DNA of 64,000 nt from Gemmatimonadaceae bacterium. Its GTDB lineage: Bacteria > Gemmatimonadota > Gemmatimonadetes > Gemmatimonadales > Gemmatimonadaceae. Made by a program: the position numbers and the translations under genes. The notes beneath the pieces were generated by a model that did no database searches, had not been told where the DNA came from, and saw only the letters and a list, made by a program, of their open reading frames with translations. The stretch lies in assembly GCA_051859245.1 (NCBI GenBank), contig JBHYGA010000001.1, positions 864,001 to 928,000 of the forward strand, in the 5' to 3' direction. This document shows positions 1 to 10,219 of this stretch, piece by piece (the first letter of the stretch is position 1; every line of letters begins with the position of its first letter).

Positions 1-2
1 TG

Positions 3-1523
3 CTTGAGCAGGAAGGAATTGACGGAGTGCGACGTGTCTGGGCGTTTGACCGTCTGCCGAGCACCGATACGCTGCCAACATTTCTTGCGGTGGGCATTCC
101 GGAGGCAGTGATTTACGGGGGCATCAACGCGGCCATGCGGAACGCGTTGCTCGGACTGCTCGCATGGCTGCTGGTGGTTGCCGCACTGGCCTGGTGGGCC
201 ACCGATTCGTTTGTGCTGCGCGATGTGCGCGCGCTGCTCGGTCTCACCGAACGTCTTGGTGCTGGCGAACTCGGCGCGCGCAGTGCCGTGGCGGCACGGA
301 CGGAGGAGCTGGGTCGGCTCGCGACCAGCTTCAATCAAATGGCGCAGCGTCTCGAAGACCGTCAGTCACGCGATGTGCAAGCGCAGAAACTGGAAAGCAT
401 TGGGCAGCTGGCCGGCGGTGTGGCGCATGACTTCAACAACCTGCTCACGGCCATCATTGGCAACACGGAGCTGGCGCGCGACACGCTGGAGCCACGACAT
501 CCGGCTCGACAGGAGCTCGATGCTGCGCTCGATGCCGCCGATCGCTCGGCGGCGCTGACCCGACAGCTGTTGGCGTTTGCGCGCCGCACCGAAATTTCGC
601 CGCGTGTGGTGCGCGTTGACGGCATGTTGCACGACATTACGGCGCTGCTCAAACGACTCATTGGTGAGCACATTACACTCACCGTCGAGGCGGATTCGAA
701 TTTGCGCCTGGCCAGACTCGACACGGCGTCACTTGAGCAGGCGCTGGTGAATCTGGTTGTCAACGCCCGCGACGCGATGCCTACCGGCGGACAGATTGTC
801 TTGACCGCGCGCAATGTGATTGTCCGCGCCGATGATATTGATCATGCCAACGGCGTACCGGCTGGCCAGTGGATTGTGATCACGGTGCGCGATACCGGCT
901 CAGGGATGAGCGCAGACGTGCTGAATCGTGCGTTCGAACCATTCTTCACGACGAAGCCGGTGGGCAAGGGAACCGGACTCGGCCTGGCCATGGTGTACGG
1001 CACGCTCGCGCAGCACTCGGGACACATCTGGGTGGAAAGTGCGCCCGGACATGGCACGGCGGTCCGGTTGTTTCTGCCGCCTGAACCAGAAGGCAGTCGT
1101 GTTGACGTGCAGGACGATGATTCGCCCGCGCCTGTGCTCGCGCCTGGTCGCACCGTGCTGCTGGTGGAAGACGAGCAAGCGGTGCGCGCCGTGGTTGCAC
1201 GTGTGCTCACAGGGCACGGATTCACGGTGCTCGCATCGAGCAACGGTGCGGATGCCATTGAACGATGTGACGACGACACGCTCTCCAACCTCGCCCTCGT
1301 TGTTACCGACGTGGTGATGCCGCGCATGGGAGGTCCCGAGCTGGTGGTCGCGCTGCGCGAGCGTCGAAGAGACCTTCCCGTGTTGTTTGTCTCGGGATAT
1401 CGCGAAACGAACGCGCTCGACGATCTGCTGGAAACACCGCGCACCGGTTTCCTCGCGAAGCCCTTTACCCCGACGTCGCTGCTGCACGCCGTGCAGCAGC
1501 AACTCGAGGCAGCCGTACCGTAG
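3..1523 (+). CDS. Hybrid sensor histidine kinase/response regulator (TM-HAMP-HisKA-HATPase-REC), 5'-truncated by the window
   Basis: H-box AHDFNNLL, N-box NLVVNARDA, G-boxes DTGSGM and GTGLGL, F-box FEPFFTTK, C-terminal receiver (LLVEDE, TDVVMP, KPF). Frame is open to the window edge. Confidence 0.93.
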   Translation, partial: LEQEGIDGVRRVWAFDRLPSTDTLPTFLAVGIPEAVIYGGINAAMRNALLGLLAWLLVVAALAWWATDSFVLRDVRALLGLTERLGAGELGARSAVAARTEELGRLATSFNQMAQRLEDRQSRDVQAQKLESIGQLAGGVAHDFNNLLTAIIGNTELARDTLEPRHPARQELDAALDAADRSAALTRQLLAFARRTEISPRVVRVDGMLHDITALLKRLIGEHITLTVEADSNLRLARLDTASLEQALVNLVVNARDAMPTGGQIVLTARNVIVRADDIDHANGVPAGQWIVITVRDTGSGMSADVLNRAFEPFFTTKPVGKGTGLGLAMVYGTLAQHSGHIWVESAPGHGTAVRLFLPPEPEGSRVDVQDDDSPAPVLAPGRTVLLVEDEQAVRAVVARVLTGHGFTVLASSNGADAIERCDDDTLSNLALVVTDVVMPRMGGPELVVALRERRRDLPVLFVSGYRETNALDDLLETPRTGFLAKPFTPTSLLHAVQQQLEAAVP

Positions 1524-1534
1524 TCAGCGTCGCG

Positions 1535-3901
1535 TTATCTGGCCTTGCTGCCAGACGCACCAATCGTGCGTTCAAACAGTTCGAAGATGCGGCGATATTC
1601 GTCCGTCCACGAATCAGGTCGCACGAATCCGTGGTCTTCCACGGGATAGACCGCCATCTCCCATTCTGTTTTGCCGAGTTCGATCAATCGCTGCGCGAGG
1701 CGCACCACGTCCTGAAAATGCACGTTGGTATCCACCATGCCATGCGCAATCAGGAGTGGATCTTCGAGGCCTTCGGCAAAGAAGATCGGTGACGAACGAC
1801 GATACGCGAGCGTATCCGTTTGCGGCAGGTTGAGAATGCGTCCTGTGTAGCCGTGGTTGTAGTGCGCCCAATCCGTGACCGAGCGCAGCGCGGCACCGGC
1901 GCCGAATTCTTTGGGCGCGTTGAACAGGGCCATCAACGTGATGAACCCGCCGTAGCTGCCGCCGTAAATGCCGATACGTTCTGGATTGATGCCGCGCTCC
2001 TTCTGCAACCAGCGCGAGCCGTCAACATGATCCTGCAGATCGCGTCCGCCCATGTGCCGGTAGATCGCCGTGCGCCAGTCGCGACCGTAACCCGCCGACG
2101 CGCGGTAGTCGATATCGAGCACGACGTAGCCTTTACTCGCCAGCAGATGATGGAACATGTATTCACGCGAATACGTGGACCAGTATTCGTGCACGTTGTG
2201 CAGATAGCCTGCGCCGTGCACAAAGATCACCGCCGCGCCATTCGGTTGAGCGCCCGTTTGCTCCGGTGTGTAGATGCGCGCCGGTACCGCAACCCCATCG
2301 CTGGCCGGAATGCGCACAATCTGCGGGGCAATCCACTGTGACGCGCGGAACGCGGCACTTGTGGATGTGGTGAGTTGCGCGCGATTCGTTCCGTCGAATG
2401 CCTGCACAAACAATTCTGGCGGCGTATTCGATGACGAGTACACGTTCGCAGCGCGTCGTCCGTCCGGACTCACCACCACAGTGTGACCGCCCTTCTCACG
2501 TGTGAGCTTCTCGCGCGCGCCACCACCCACCGGCATGCGCCAGAAATCGCGCACGAACGGTGACGTTTCACTTGTGTGCAGCCAGAACCATGCGCGGTCT
2601 GGTGAAAGTTCTGCCTGCAAGACTTCCCAGTTGCCACTCGTGAGCGCTGACCGTGCGCTTCCGTCGGGTTGCGCGGCATACAGATGCGCGTACCCACTGG
2701 CTTCACTCACAAACCACGCCCGGCCATCGGGTAGCCAGCCGGCGCAGTTGAAGCACGGGCCGTTGACCCACGCACTGTCGCGCAGGGCGTCTGTCACCAT
2801 GGATGCACCGCTCGCAGCCGGGACTGACACGATGTAGCGCGACTTGAAGTCTGACGTCGTCGAAAAAAGCAGCGCCATTTCACCGTCGGCACGCCACTCC
2901 ACGACCTGCACACTCGCGGCGCGTTCTGTGGTGTCTGACCCGATCACTGCGAGCGCGCTCAGCGCACCCGTTTGCAAATCCATGCGCCACGCACGCATGC
3001 GACTTTGCACATCGCCAACCTTGGAGCGCGAGGGAATGTCTTCGGTAAAGCCGCTGGCCGTGACGTAGTTGGGAACGTCGGTAGCGCGTGCACCCGTGCC
3101 GGCGGCAATCGTGGTCACCACTGCGTGGCGCATGTTCGGCGACACACTCACCGTGGCCACGCGTTCTCCGGCCGGTGCGTACAGTGGCTGCAAACGCCGC
3201 GCCGCCGCGGCCTCGCGTGCGGCTCGCGCAACCGAGTCATTACGTGCGCCGTCGCGAATGACCTGCAGCAAGTCGAGCTGATCCTGCAATAGCGCGCCAC
3301 GCTGACCTGTCGCCCGCGCCGAATCACGCGGTGCGGTGCCGGTGCGCACGTCGGTCAACTGACGAACGCTTCCGGTCGCGATCTCCAGCGCGTACGCGTT
3401 GCCGTCGCGCATGAACAACAGGTGCCGCTCGTCCACAGAAAAACGGGGGTCGCTTTCGCTGGCCACCGTTTCCGTGAGCCGGCGCGCCGATCCGCGTCGC
3501 GCGTCGATCAACCATAAGTCGCCATTCGCCGCGACCGCACGCGTTCGGCGATCGCGCGTGAGCGGTCCGGTCGCGAGATACGGCGCCATGGAATCGGCGT
3601 GCGCGTCATCAAGCTTTTCCGGCGAAGCGCCCGCCGCGGGTCGAACTCTGAACCATGAGGTGGGCGCGTCCCACTTCGCTTCCGCCTCGGTCCAGCGGAA
3701 ATAGATCCACTGACCGTCGGCCGTCCATCGCACCTGCGCCGGCTCGCGACCGTAATGCTCCGGTCCACGCATGATGTTTGCGATGGACAAATCAAACGAG
3801 GCCGCGGCTGGCTGCGCTCGCAGTGTAATGGGAGCCACGCACAACGTCAGCATGACACCTGCGCCAACAAGGTGCGAGCACAACGAGGGAAACGATTTCA
3901 T
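1535..3901 (-). CDS. Secreted S9 family peptidase (dipeptidyl-peptidase IV/prolyl oligopeptidase-like)
   Basis: Signal peptide, beta-propeller region, nucleophile GGSYGG, Asp in HGMVDTNV, His in EDHGF. Confidence 0.92.
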   Translation of the reverse strand: MKSFPSLCSHLVGAGVMLTLCVAPITLRAQPAAASFDLSIANIMRGPEHYGREPAQVRWTADGQWIYFRWTEAEAKWDAPTSWFRVRPAAGASPEKLDDAHADSMAPYLATGPLTRDRRTRAVAANGDLWLIDARRGSARRLTETVASESDPRFSVDERHLLFMRDGNAYALEIATGSVRQLTDVRTGTAPRDSARATGQRGALLQDQLDLLQVIRDGARNDSVARAAREAAAARRLQPLYAPAGERVATVSVSPNMRHAVVTTIAAGTGARATDVPNYVTASGFTEDIPSRSKVGDVQSRMRAWRMDLQTGALSALAVIGSDTTERAASVQVVEWRADGEMALLFSTTSDFKSRYIVSVPAASGASMVTDALRDSAWVNGPCFNCAGWLPDGRAWFVSEASGYAHLYAAQPDGSARSALTSGNWEVLQAELSPDRAWFWLHTSETSPFVRDFWRMPVGGGAREKLTREKGGHTVVVSPDGRRAANVYSSSNTPPELFVQAFDGTNRAQLTTSTSAAFRASQWIAPQIVRIPASDGVAVPARIYTPEQTGAQPNGAAVIFVHGAGYLHNVHEYWSTYSREYMFHHLLASKGYVVLDIDYRASAGYGRDWRTAIYRHMGGRDLQDHVDGSRWLQKERGINPERIGIYGGSYGGFITLMALFNAPKEFGAGAALRSVTDWAHYNHGYTGRILNLPQTDTLAYRRSSPIFFAEGLEDPLLIAHGMVDTNVHFQDVVRLAQRLIELGKTEWEMAVYPVEDHGFVRPDSWTDEYRRIFELFERTIGASGSKAR

Positions 3902-4064
3902 GGGGCACATCGGAGCGGGACGTCAACGCAGCAGGCGCGGCGACATCGCGAAGACTCGCGAGCAGAACGCGCGGCGGGAATGCGCAACGTAGCCAACCGC
4001 ATCGGGCTCGGCGAGCGATCTATGCCGGGCACGTGACGCTTGTGCAGCCCCATGTGACGCTCCT

Positions 4065-5399
4065 GTGACTCCCACCACGTCGTCGCGTCTGGTGCTCGTA
4101 CGGACCGTCGTGCTTCGCCGGTCCCCGTTGCCGTGCTCCCACCGTTTCTCCGTGTCTGTGCCCGAATCCTCGTCCACCGCGCGTCCTTCTGTTGTTCTGG
4201 CGACACTGGCCGCGATTGCGATCGCGCTGGCCGTGTGCGCCACCGCCGCGACCGTCATCGTGGCCACGGACGTGACACGTGAGCGCGGCGCGAATACGGC
4301 AACGCCGCAACTGTCCTTGGCGCAGGCCCGCGCGTCGCTCGAGGCCATGCTCAGCCTGCGCGGCGTCGTGGACTCAATGACCGCCCGGATGGGCGACCTC
4401 CCGCCAACGGATAGCGCGACGATTGCCTTGGCAACGCGCCTCTGGGACACCTCCACCACTCGCCACCCGGCCTGGATTGCCGTGCCCGCCGGCGCTACGC
4501 CGTCCTCGAGCCCCAGTGGTGAACTGACAGTGCTGATCGAGCAGGTGCGCAAGCTGCGCGCCGACTCCGCACAAAACGCCGTAGACCTTGCCAGCGTCGC
4601 GCGTGACACACTTTCGCCCTGGATGGCGGTCTGGCGTAAGCTGGCGCACAGCGCCCCGCTGGCGGCCATGTGGGGCTATCAGAAAGGTCTGCCTGGCGTG
4701 AGCACCGCGGCCGATTTGCCAATTCGGAACTACGCGGCGCTGCGTCAGCTCTATTTGCTGAACGAACTGAGCGGCTGGATCGCGCTGCGTCGTGGCGAGC
4801 CCGGTGTGGCGCTCTTGCGCGCACTCGAAAACCTGTCCGCTAGTCGCCACTTCCTCGACGCTCCTGTGCTCGTCGACGTGCTCGCCGGACGCACCATTGC
4901 GGCAGCAGCGGGCCGACTTGCGGGCGACGCGGCCCGGGCGCTCGGTGACCGGTCGATGGTCACCATGGCCACGCAACTTGATCAACTCGCGCAACCTGGC
5001 GCCTCCGGCTTCATGGCCCTGCAGCAAGCTGCCGAGCGAGATGCCGCCGATCCGAACGCGCCGCTGGCCTTCGAACTCTTCGACGACGAGAAGCTCCCGT
5101 TCGCCGTGCGCGTCGAGATTCTCTATGCGGTCGTCTCGGGCGCCTGCAACCACACGCGCGAAGTGCTCTTTGGTTTTTCGCCTGAGCGCGAAGCTCGCCT
5201 GCGTGCGCTCGCCACACGGTACCAAAGCCACCCAACGCTCGGCCCCATTCTTGGACTGATGCCCGGAACAGCGCGCCTGGTCCGCGAGAACCCAATGTCG
5301 ATGCTCCGGAGCACCGATTTCCCGACTGCAGGCACCTTCGATTTCCTGCTGCCTGAGGGCGTCGCCGCGCGCGCCGTGGTCTGTCAGCGCGGGATTTGA
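4065..5399 (+). CDS. Hypothetical helical protein with N-terminal TM anchor (start uncertain)
   Basis: 444-aa ORF filling the gap with normal codon bias; hydrophobic segment VVLATLAAIAIALAVCATAATVIV; no recognised motif. Confidence 0.6.
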   Translation: MTPTTSSRLVLVRTVVLRRSPLPCSHRFSVSVPESSSTARPSVVLATLAAIAIALAVCATAATVIVATDVTRERGANTATPQLSLAQARASLEAMLSLRGVVDSMTARMGDLPPTDSATIALATRLWDTSTTRHPAWIAVPAGATPSSSPSGELTVLIEQVRKLRADSAQNAVDLASVARDTLSPWMAVWRKLAHSAPLAAMWGYQKGLPGVSTAADLPIRNYAALRQLYLLNELSGWIALRRGEPGVALLRALENLSASRHFLDAPVLVDVLAGRTIAAAAGRLAGDAARALGDRSMVTMATQLDQLAQPGASGFMALQQAAERDAADPNAPLAFELFDDEKLPFAVRVEILYAVVSGACNHTREVLFGFSPEREARLRALATRYQSHPTLGPILGLMPGTARLVRENPMSMLRSTDFPTAGTFDFLLPEGVAARAVVCQRGI

Positions 5400-5486
5400 G
5401 CGGAGAGGGGTGCCGAATGGCGGGTGCAGCCGAGACTTTTATCGGCAGGCCGTGACCCCTTCACTCCCACACGCCAGATTGCACGC

Positions 5487-6499
<1,013 letters not shown>

Positions 6500-6503
<4 letters not shown>

Positions 6504-7354
6504 GCGAAGGATCGGGCGCAGGCGTCACGCGCTTATTGCATCTCTCGGATGTGCACTTCGGTCGGCCACACGTGCCCGCGCACGTGTCGGCTGCCGAAGC
6601 CTTCGCAGAGAACGGTGCGTTCGACGCCATTATTGTGTCGGGTGACATGTCGCAACGTGCGCGGCGACGCGAGTTCGAACGTGCGCGTGCACTGCTCGAT
6701 CGACTAGCAGAGTTTGCCCCGATTCTTGTGGTGCCGGGCAATCATGATGCGGCCTGGTGGTTCGCACCGTTGGGCTTTGGTCCAACGCGAATGATTCACT
6801 CCGGGTATCGACGGTGGATCAACGAAAACCTCGAGCCAACGCTGCAAGTACCCGGGGCGACGGTCGTCGGGCTGAACTCGTCGCCTGGCATTCGATTGCA
6901 CACGCTCACCAAACGACCGCGCGACTTGTCGGTGAAGGGCGCACTGACACGAGCGCAGTTGGCTGATGCGCGCGCACGGTTCGCCGCCGCACCTGCCAAT
7001 GACCTGCGCGTTTTGGTCGTGCACCACAATGTCGTCCCGGGCGATCTCTCGCGGCGCTGGGGCCTCACCAAGCACGAAACCATGCTGGACGAAATCGTGG
7101 CCACCGGCGCGGACATTGTGCTGTCGGGGCACGACCATCAGGAGCGAGCGGAGACCGTGGAGCGTCCCAAAGGACGGTTCGTGGCCAGCACCGCCGGCAC
7201 CCTCAGTGATCGCTCGCGAGGCGCTCGGCCAAGCGCGTTCATGACCGTGGTCGCGGACACGGAGCGCATTGTGGTCACTCCGCATGTGTACGACGTGACC
7301 GACAACGTTTTTCATCCCACCTCGCCCCACATCGCACCGCGTCCTTCGCGATAA
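6500..7354 (+). CDS. Calcineurin-like metallophosphoesterase
   Basis: HLSDVH, SGD, PGNHD, HH and SGHDH motifs; ATGA overlap with the upstream gene. Confidence 0.88.
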
Positions 7355-7416
7355 TCCGCCGGATCTCCGGCGTCGCGAGCAGCCAGGGCAGGCGCTGTCC
7401 AAAACGGGTGAAAAGC

Positions 7417-7445
7417 TTGCATACGCAGTAGGTGTCATGTATCTT
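7417..7445 (+). promoter_or_regulatory. Putative sigma70 promoter of the VOC dioxygenase operon
   Basis: TTGCAT (7417-7422), 17-nt spacer, TATCTT (7440-7445); GGAGGA RBS before the ATG at 7490. Confidence 0.65.
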
Positions 7446-7462
7446 AGTACTAAGATACATGA
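7435..7462. promoter_or_regulatory. Perfect 28-bp palindromic operator, MhqR/MarR-like
   Basis: TCATGTATCTTAGTACTAAGATACATGA is its own reverse complement; core TATCT-N8-AGATA; overlaps the -10 element. Confidence 0.8.
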
Positions 7463-7489
7463 ACCGGCGCCAGTCGCCCGGAGGAACAG

Positions 7490-8638
7490 ATGTCCATTAC
7501 CGGCCTGCATCACATCACACTCGTTACCGCCGACGCGCAGCGAAACGTCGACTTCTACACGAGAGTGCTCGGCCTGCGGCTCGTCAAAACGACCGTCAAC
7601 TTCGACGATCCGAGCAGCTACCATCTCTATTACGGCGACGCCGTTGGTTCGCCCGGTACCGCGGTCACATTCTTCGAATGGCCGCGTGCGCCGCGTGGTC
7701 GGCCCGGTGTTGGCGGCACGCATCATCTGGCACTGCGCGTGGCCGACCGCAACGCGTTGCTGCGCTGGAAGCGTCGTTTGACAGATCTCGGCGTGCACGT
7801 GCGTGGGCCGTACGATCGCTACTATTTCGCGTCGATCTATTTCCGTGATCCAGACGGTACGATTCTCGAAATCGCGACGGATGGTCCGGGGTTGCTCATT
7901 GACGAGGAAGGGCAAGCACCGGGTGTGGCGCAGCACACGCCGCCGTCGGCACTGGTACGGGGTGCGCGCGATGAAGACGCGATTGCATCGGATACGTGGC
8001 CGGATCCCGTGCCGAGCATTGATGCGGACATGTCACTCACGCGTGGCATGCATCACATCAGTGCCACAGCCAGCGATCTGTCGCGCACGGATGATTTTCT
8101 GCGCGCGCAACTCGGTCTCACCTTGGTCAAGCGCACGAGCAACTTTGATGATCCGAGCATGCCGCACTGGACGTGGGGCACTGCTGATGCACGACCGGGA
8201 AGCCTGATTACGTATTTTGAACTCAGTACGCCGCACGCCAAGCGGTCAGTGATGGGTGCAGGACAAACACATCACTACGCGTTTGCCGTGCCCGATGACG
8301 AAGCGCAGGGGGCGCTGCGTGAGCGTTTGTTGCTCGCCGGTATTCCGGTGTCTCCGGTGCAGGATCGTGTGTACTTCCGTTCGATTTATACCAAAGATCC
8401 TGATGGGCACATTGTGGAAGTGGCAACCGCGGTACCCGGATTCCTGATCGACGAACACGCGTCGGTGACTGGGAGTGCGCTGCAGCTGCCGCCGTGGCTG
8501 CAGCCGCATCACGCACGCATCAGTGCAAGCCTCACCCCGATTGATGCACCGCAGTGGCCGCACGATGGTTCGAGTGCCACGCGCGATCATGCGGGACAAA
8601 CATTACACGCTCCAGTACTCGCCGAGGTTGGCTCATGA
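7490..8638 (+). CDS. VOC-family ring-cleaving dioxygenase/glyoxalase (MhqA/MhqO-like)
   Basis: GLHHITL...VLGLRLVKTTVNFDDPSSYHLYYGD; two VOC halves (YFRDPDG..LEIAT; YTKDPDGHIVEVAT). Confidence 0.9.
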   Translation: MSITGLHHITLVTADAQRNVDFYTRVLGLRLVKTTVNFDDPSSYHLYYGDAVGSPGTAVTFFEWPRAPRGRPGVGGTHHLALRVADRNALLRWKRRLTDLGVHVRGPYDRYYFASIYFRDPDGTILEIATDGPGLLIDEEGQAPGVAQHTPPSALVRGARDEDAIASDTWPDPVPSIDADMSLTRGMHHISATASDLSRTDDFLRAQLGLTLVKRTSNFDDPSMPHWTWGTADARPGSLITYFELSTPHAKRSVMGAGQTHHYAFAVPDDEAQGALRERLLLAGIPVSPVQDRVYFRSIYTKDPDGHIVEVATAVPGFLIDEHASVTGSALQLPPWLQPHHARISASLTPIDAPQWPHDGSSATRDHAGQTLHAPVLAEVGS

Positions 8639-9294
8639 ACAGTCGTACTCGACTCGATCCGCACGGCGCGCAGCCGGTCCTGACGCTCGGACCGGCGCTC
8701 GCTGATGCGAGGGCCGCAGTCATCATTCTGCACGGACGTGGTGCAGACGCGCAGGATATTCTGCCGCTTGCTCACGAAATCGACGTACCGCATGTCGCCT
8801 GGCTTGGTCCGGACGCCGCAAACAACGCGTGGTATCCCGATCGCTTCATGCAACCCATCGCCAACAACGAACCGTGGCTCACATCCGCGTTGTCGTTTGT
8901 GCAACGCACCGTGGAGCAGGTGATCGCGGCCGGCATTCCAGCCGAACGCATTGTGCTGGCGGGCTTTTCGCAGGGCGCGTGTCTGGCGCTTGAATACGCC
9001 GCGCGGAATGCGAAACGCTACGGTGGCGTGTTTGCGTTCGCCGGTGGTCTTATTGGCCCTGACGGCACGCCACGCGACTATCCGGGCTCGTTCAACGGGA
9101 CGCCGGTGTTCATCGGGGTGGGTGATCAGGACGCGCACATTCCGGTTGCACGCAGTCAGGAGAGCGCCGCGGTGCTGCAACGTCTTGGCGCGAGTGTGGA
9201 CTTGCGCGTGTATCCCGGGCTGCCGCATACGATCATCGAAGATCAGATTCTCGCGGCGCGTGCCATCGTGGCGGCCGCGGCTGCGATGAGCTAG
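8635..9294 (+). CDS. Phospholipase/carboxylesterase, alpha/beta hydrolase (MhqD-like)
   Basis: LHGRG, GFSQGA nucleophile, Asp in DQDAHIP, His in LPHTI; ATGA overlap with the dioxygenase gene. Confidence 0.88.
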   Translation: MNSRTRLDPHGAQPVLTLGPALADARAAVIILHGRGADAQDILPLAHEIDVPHVAWLGPDAANNAWYPDRFMQPIANNEPWLTSALSFVQRTVEQVIAAGIPAERIVLAGFSQGACLALEYAARNAKRYGGVFAFAGGLIGPDGTPRDYPGSFNGTPVFIGVGDQDAHIPVARSQESAAVLQRLGASVDLRVYPGLPHTIIEDQILAARAIVAAAAAMS

Positions 9295-9310
9295 CCATTT
9301 TCTGTGCGCG

Positions 9311-10192
9311 TTGGCATCATTCGCCATGCTTGATATGTTCGGCGCCGTAAAGCGACTCGCTGCGCGTGGACGCGTGGCAATGAATGACGCAGTCAGCGAA
9401 GCGCAGCTGGGCTTCGATTTTTTCGCGCCGGCGTCCGTACCCGCTGATACGCCAACGGTGGAGCGCAGCGTCACCCCAACGACCGAATCGAGCGCGGCCT
9501 CGCGCACGGCTCCCGTTGAAACACCGGCGTCGCGCGCGCGCCCTTCGCGCGGTGCGGCGGCACGTCGTGCGCAGAGCGCGATGCTGTTGCATCGGTTGCA
9601 CACACTTGGGTTGCGTACGGTTGACACGATTGTGCTCATGCGCACGCGGCGTGTGATGGTGTCCGTGATGGGTCGCACGCTGCGCTTGCACGAAGGCTAC
9701 GCCACGGCGCCGGAAGAAGTACTGCGTGCTGTCGTCACGTTTGCAACAGCCCGTACACGCGCGGCGCGCTTTGCCGCGCGCGATATCATTCTTGCGCATC
9801 CGGTGGATCGTCCTGCTGCTGTCAGGCGTGAGGAACCGGTGCGGCCGGGCGATGCATCGCTACTGAATCGACTTGCGGATGCGCACGCGGAGCTGAATAC
9901 GCAGCATTTTGGCGGCACGCTGGCGCGCATTCCGGTGCGCTTGTCGGGGCGCATGAAAACGCGGCTCGGACACTACAGTCCCGCCGGCGAAGACGGTCCG
10001 GGCTCAGAGATTGTGCTCAGTCGGCGGCATCTGCGCCGCGATGGATGGGCCGAAGCAATGCACACGTTGCTGCACGAAATGGTGCATCAGTGGCAGGACG
10101 AAACAGCGCGTCCTCTCGATCACGGCCCATCATTTCGCAAGAAGGCGAAAGAGGTGGGAGTCCTGCCGAGAGCCCGCCGCGCGGTCGGATAA
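9311..10192 (+). CDS. SprT-like zinc metalloprotease domain protein (start uncertain)
   Basis: LSGRMKTRLGHY, TLLHEMVHQW (HExxH), HGPSF. Confidence 0.85.
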   Translation: MASFAMLDMFGAVKRLAARGRVAMNDAVSEAQLGFDFFAPASVPADTPTVERSVTPTTESSAASRTAPVETPASRARPSRGAAARRAQSAMLLHRLHTLGLRTVDTIVLMRTRRVMVSVMGRTLRLHEGYATAPEEVLRAVVTFATARTRAARFAARDIILAHPVDRPAAVRREEPVRPGDASLLNRLADAHAELNTQHFGGTLARIPVRLSGRMKTRLGHYSPAGEDGPGSEIVLSRRHLRRDGWAEAMHTLLHEMVHQWQDETARPLDHGPSFRKKAKEVGVLPRARRAVG

Positions 10193-10219
10193 CCGCGCGG
10201 CGGGGCACTCGTACTCAGA

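Noticed and set aside
6704..7936. 410-aa minus-strand ORF
   Set aside because: Overlaps two confident + strand genes and their promoter; no recognisable domain.
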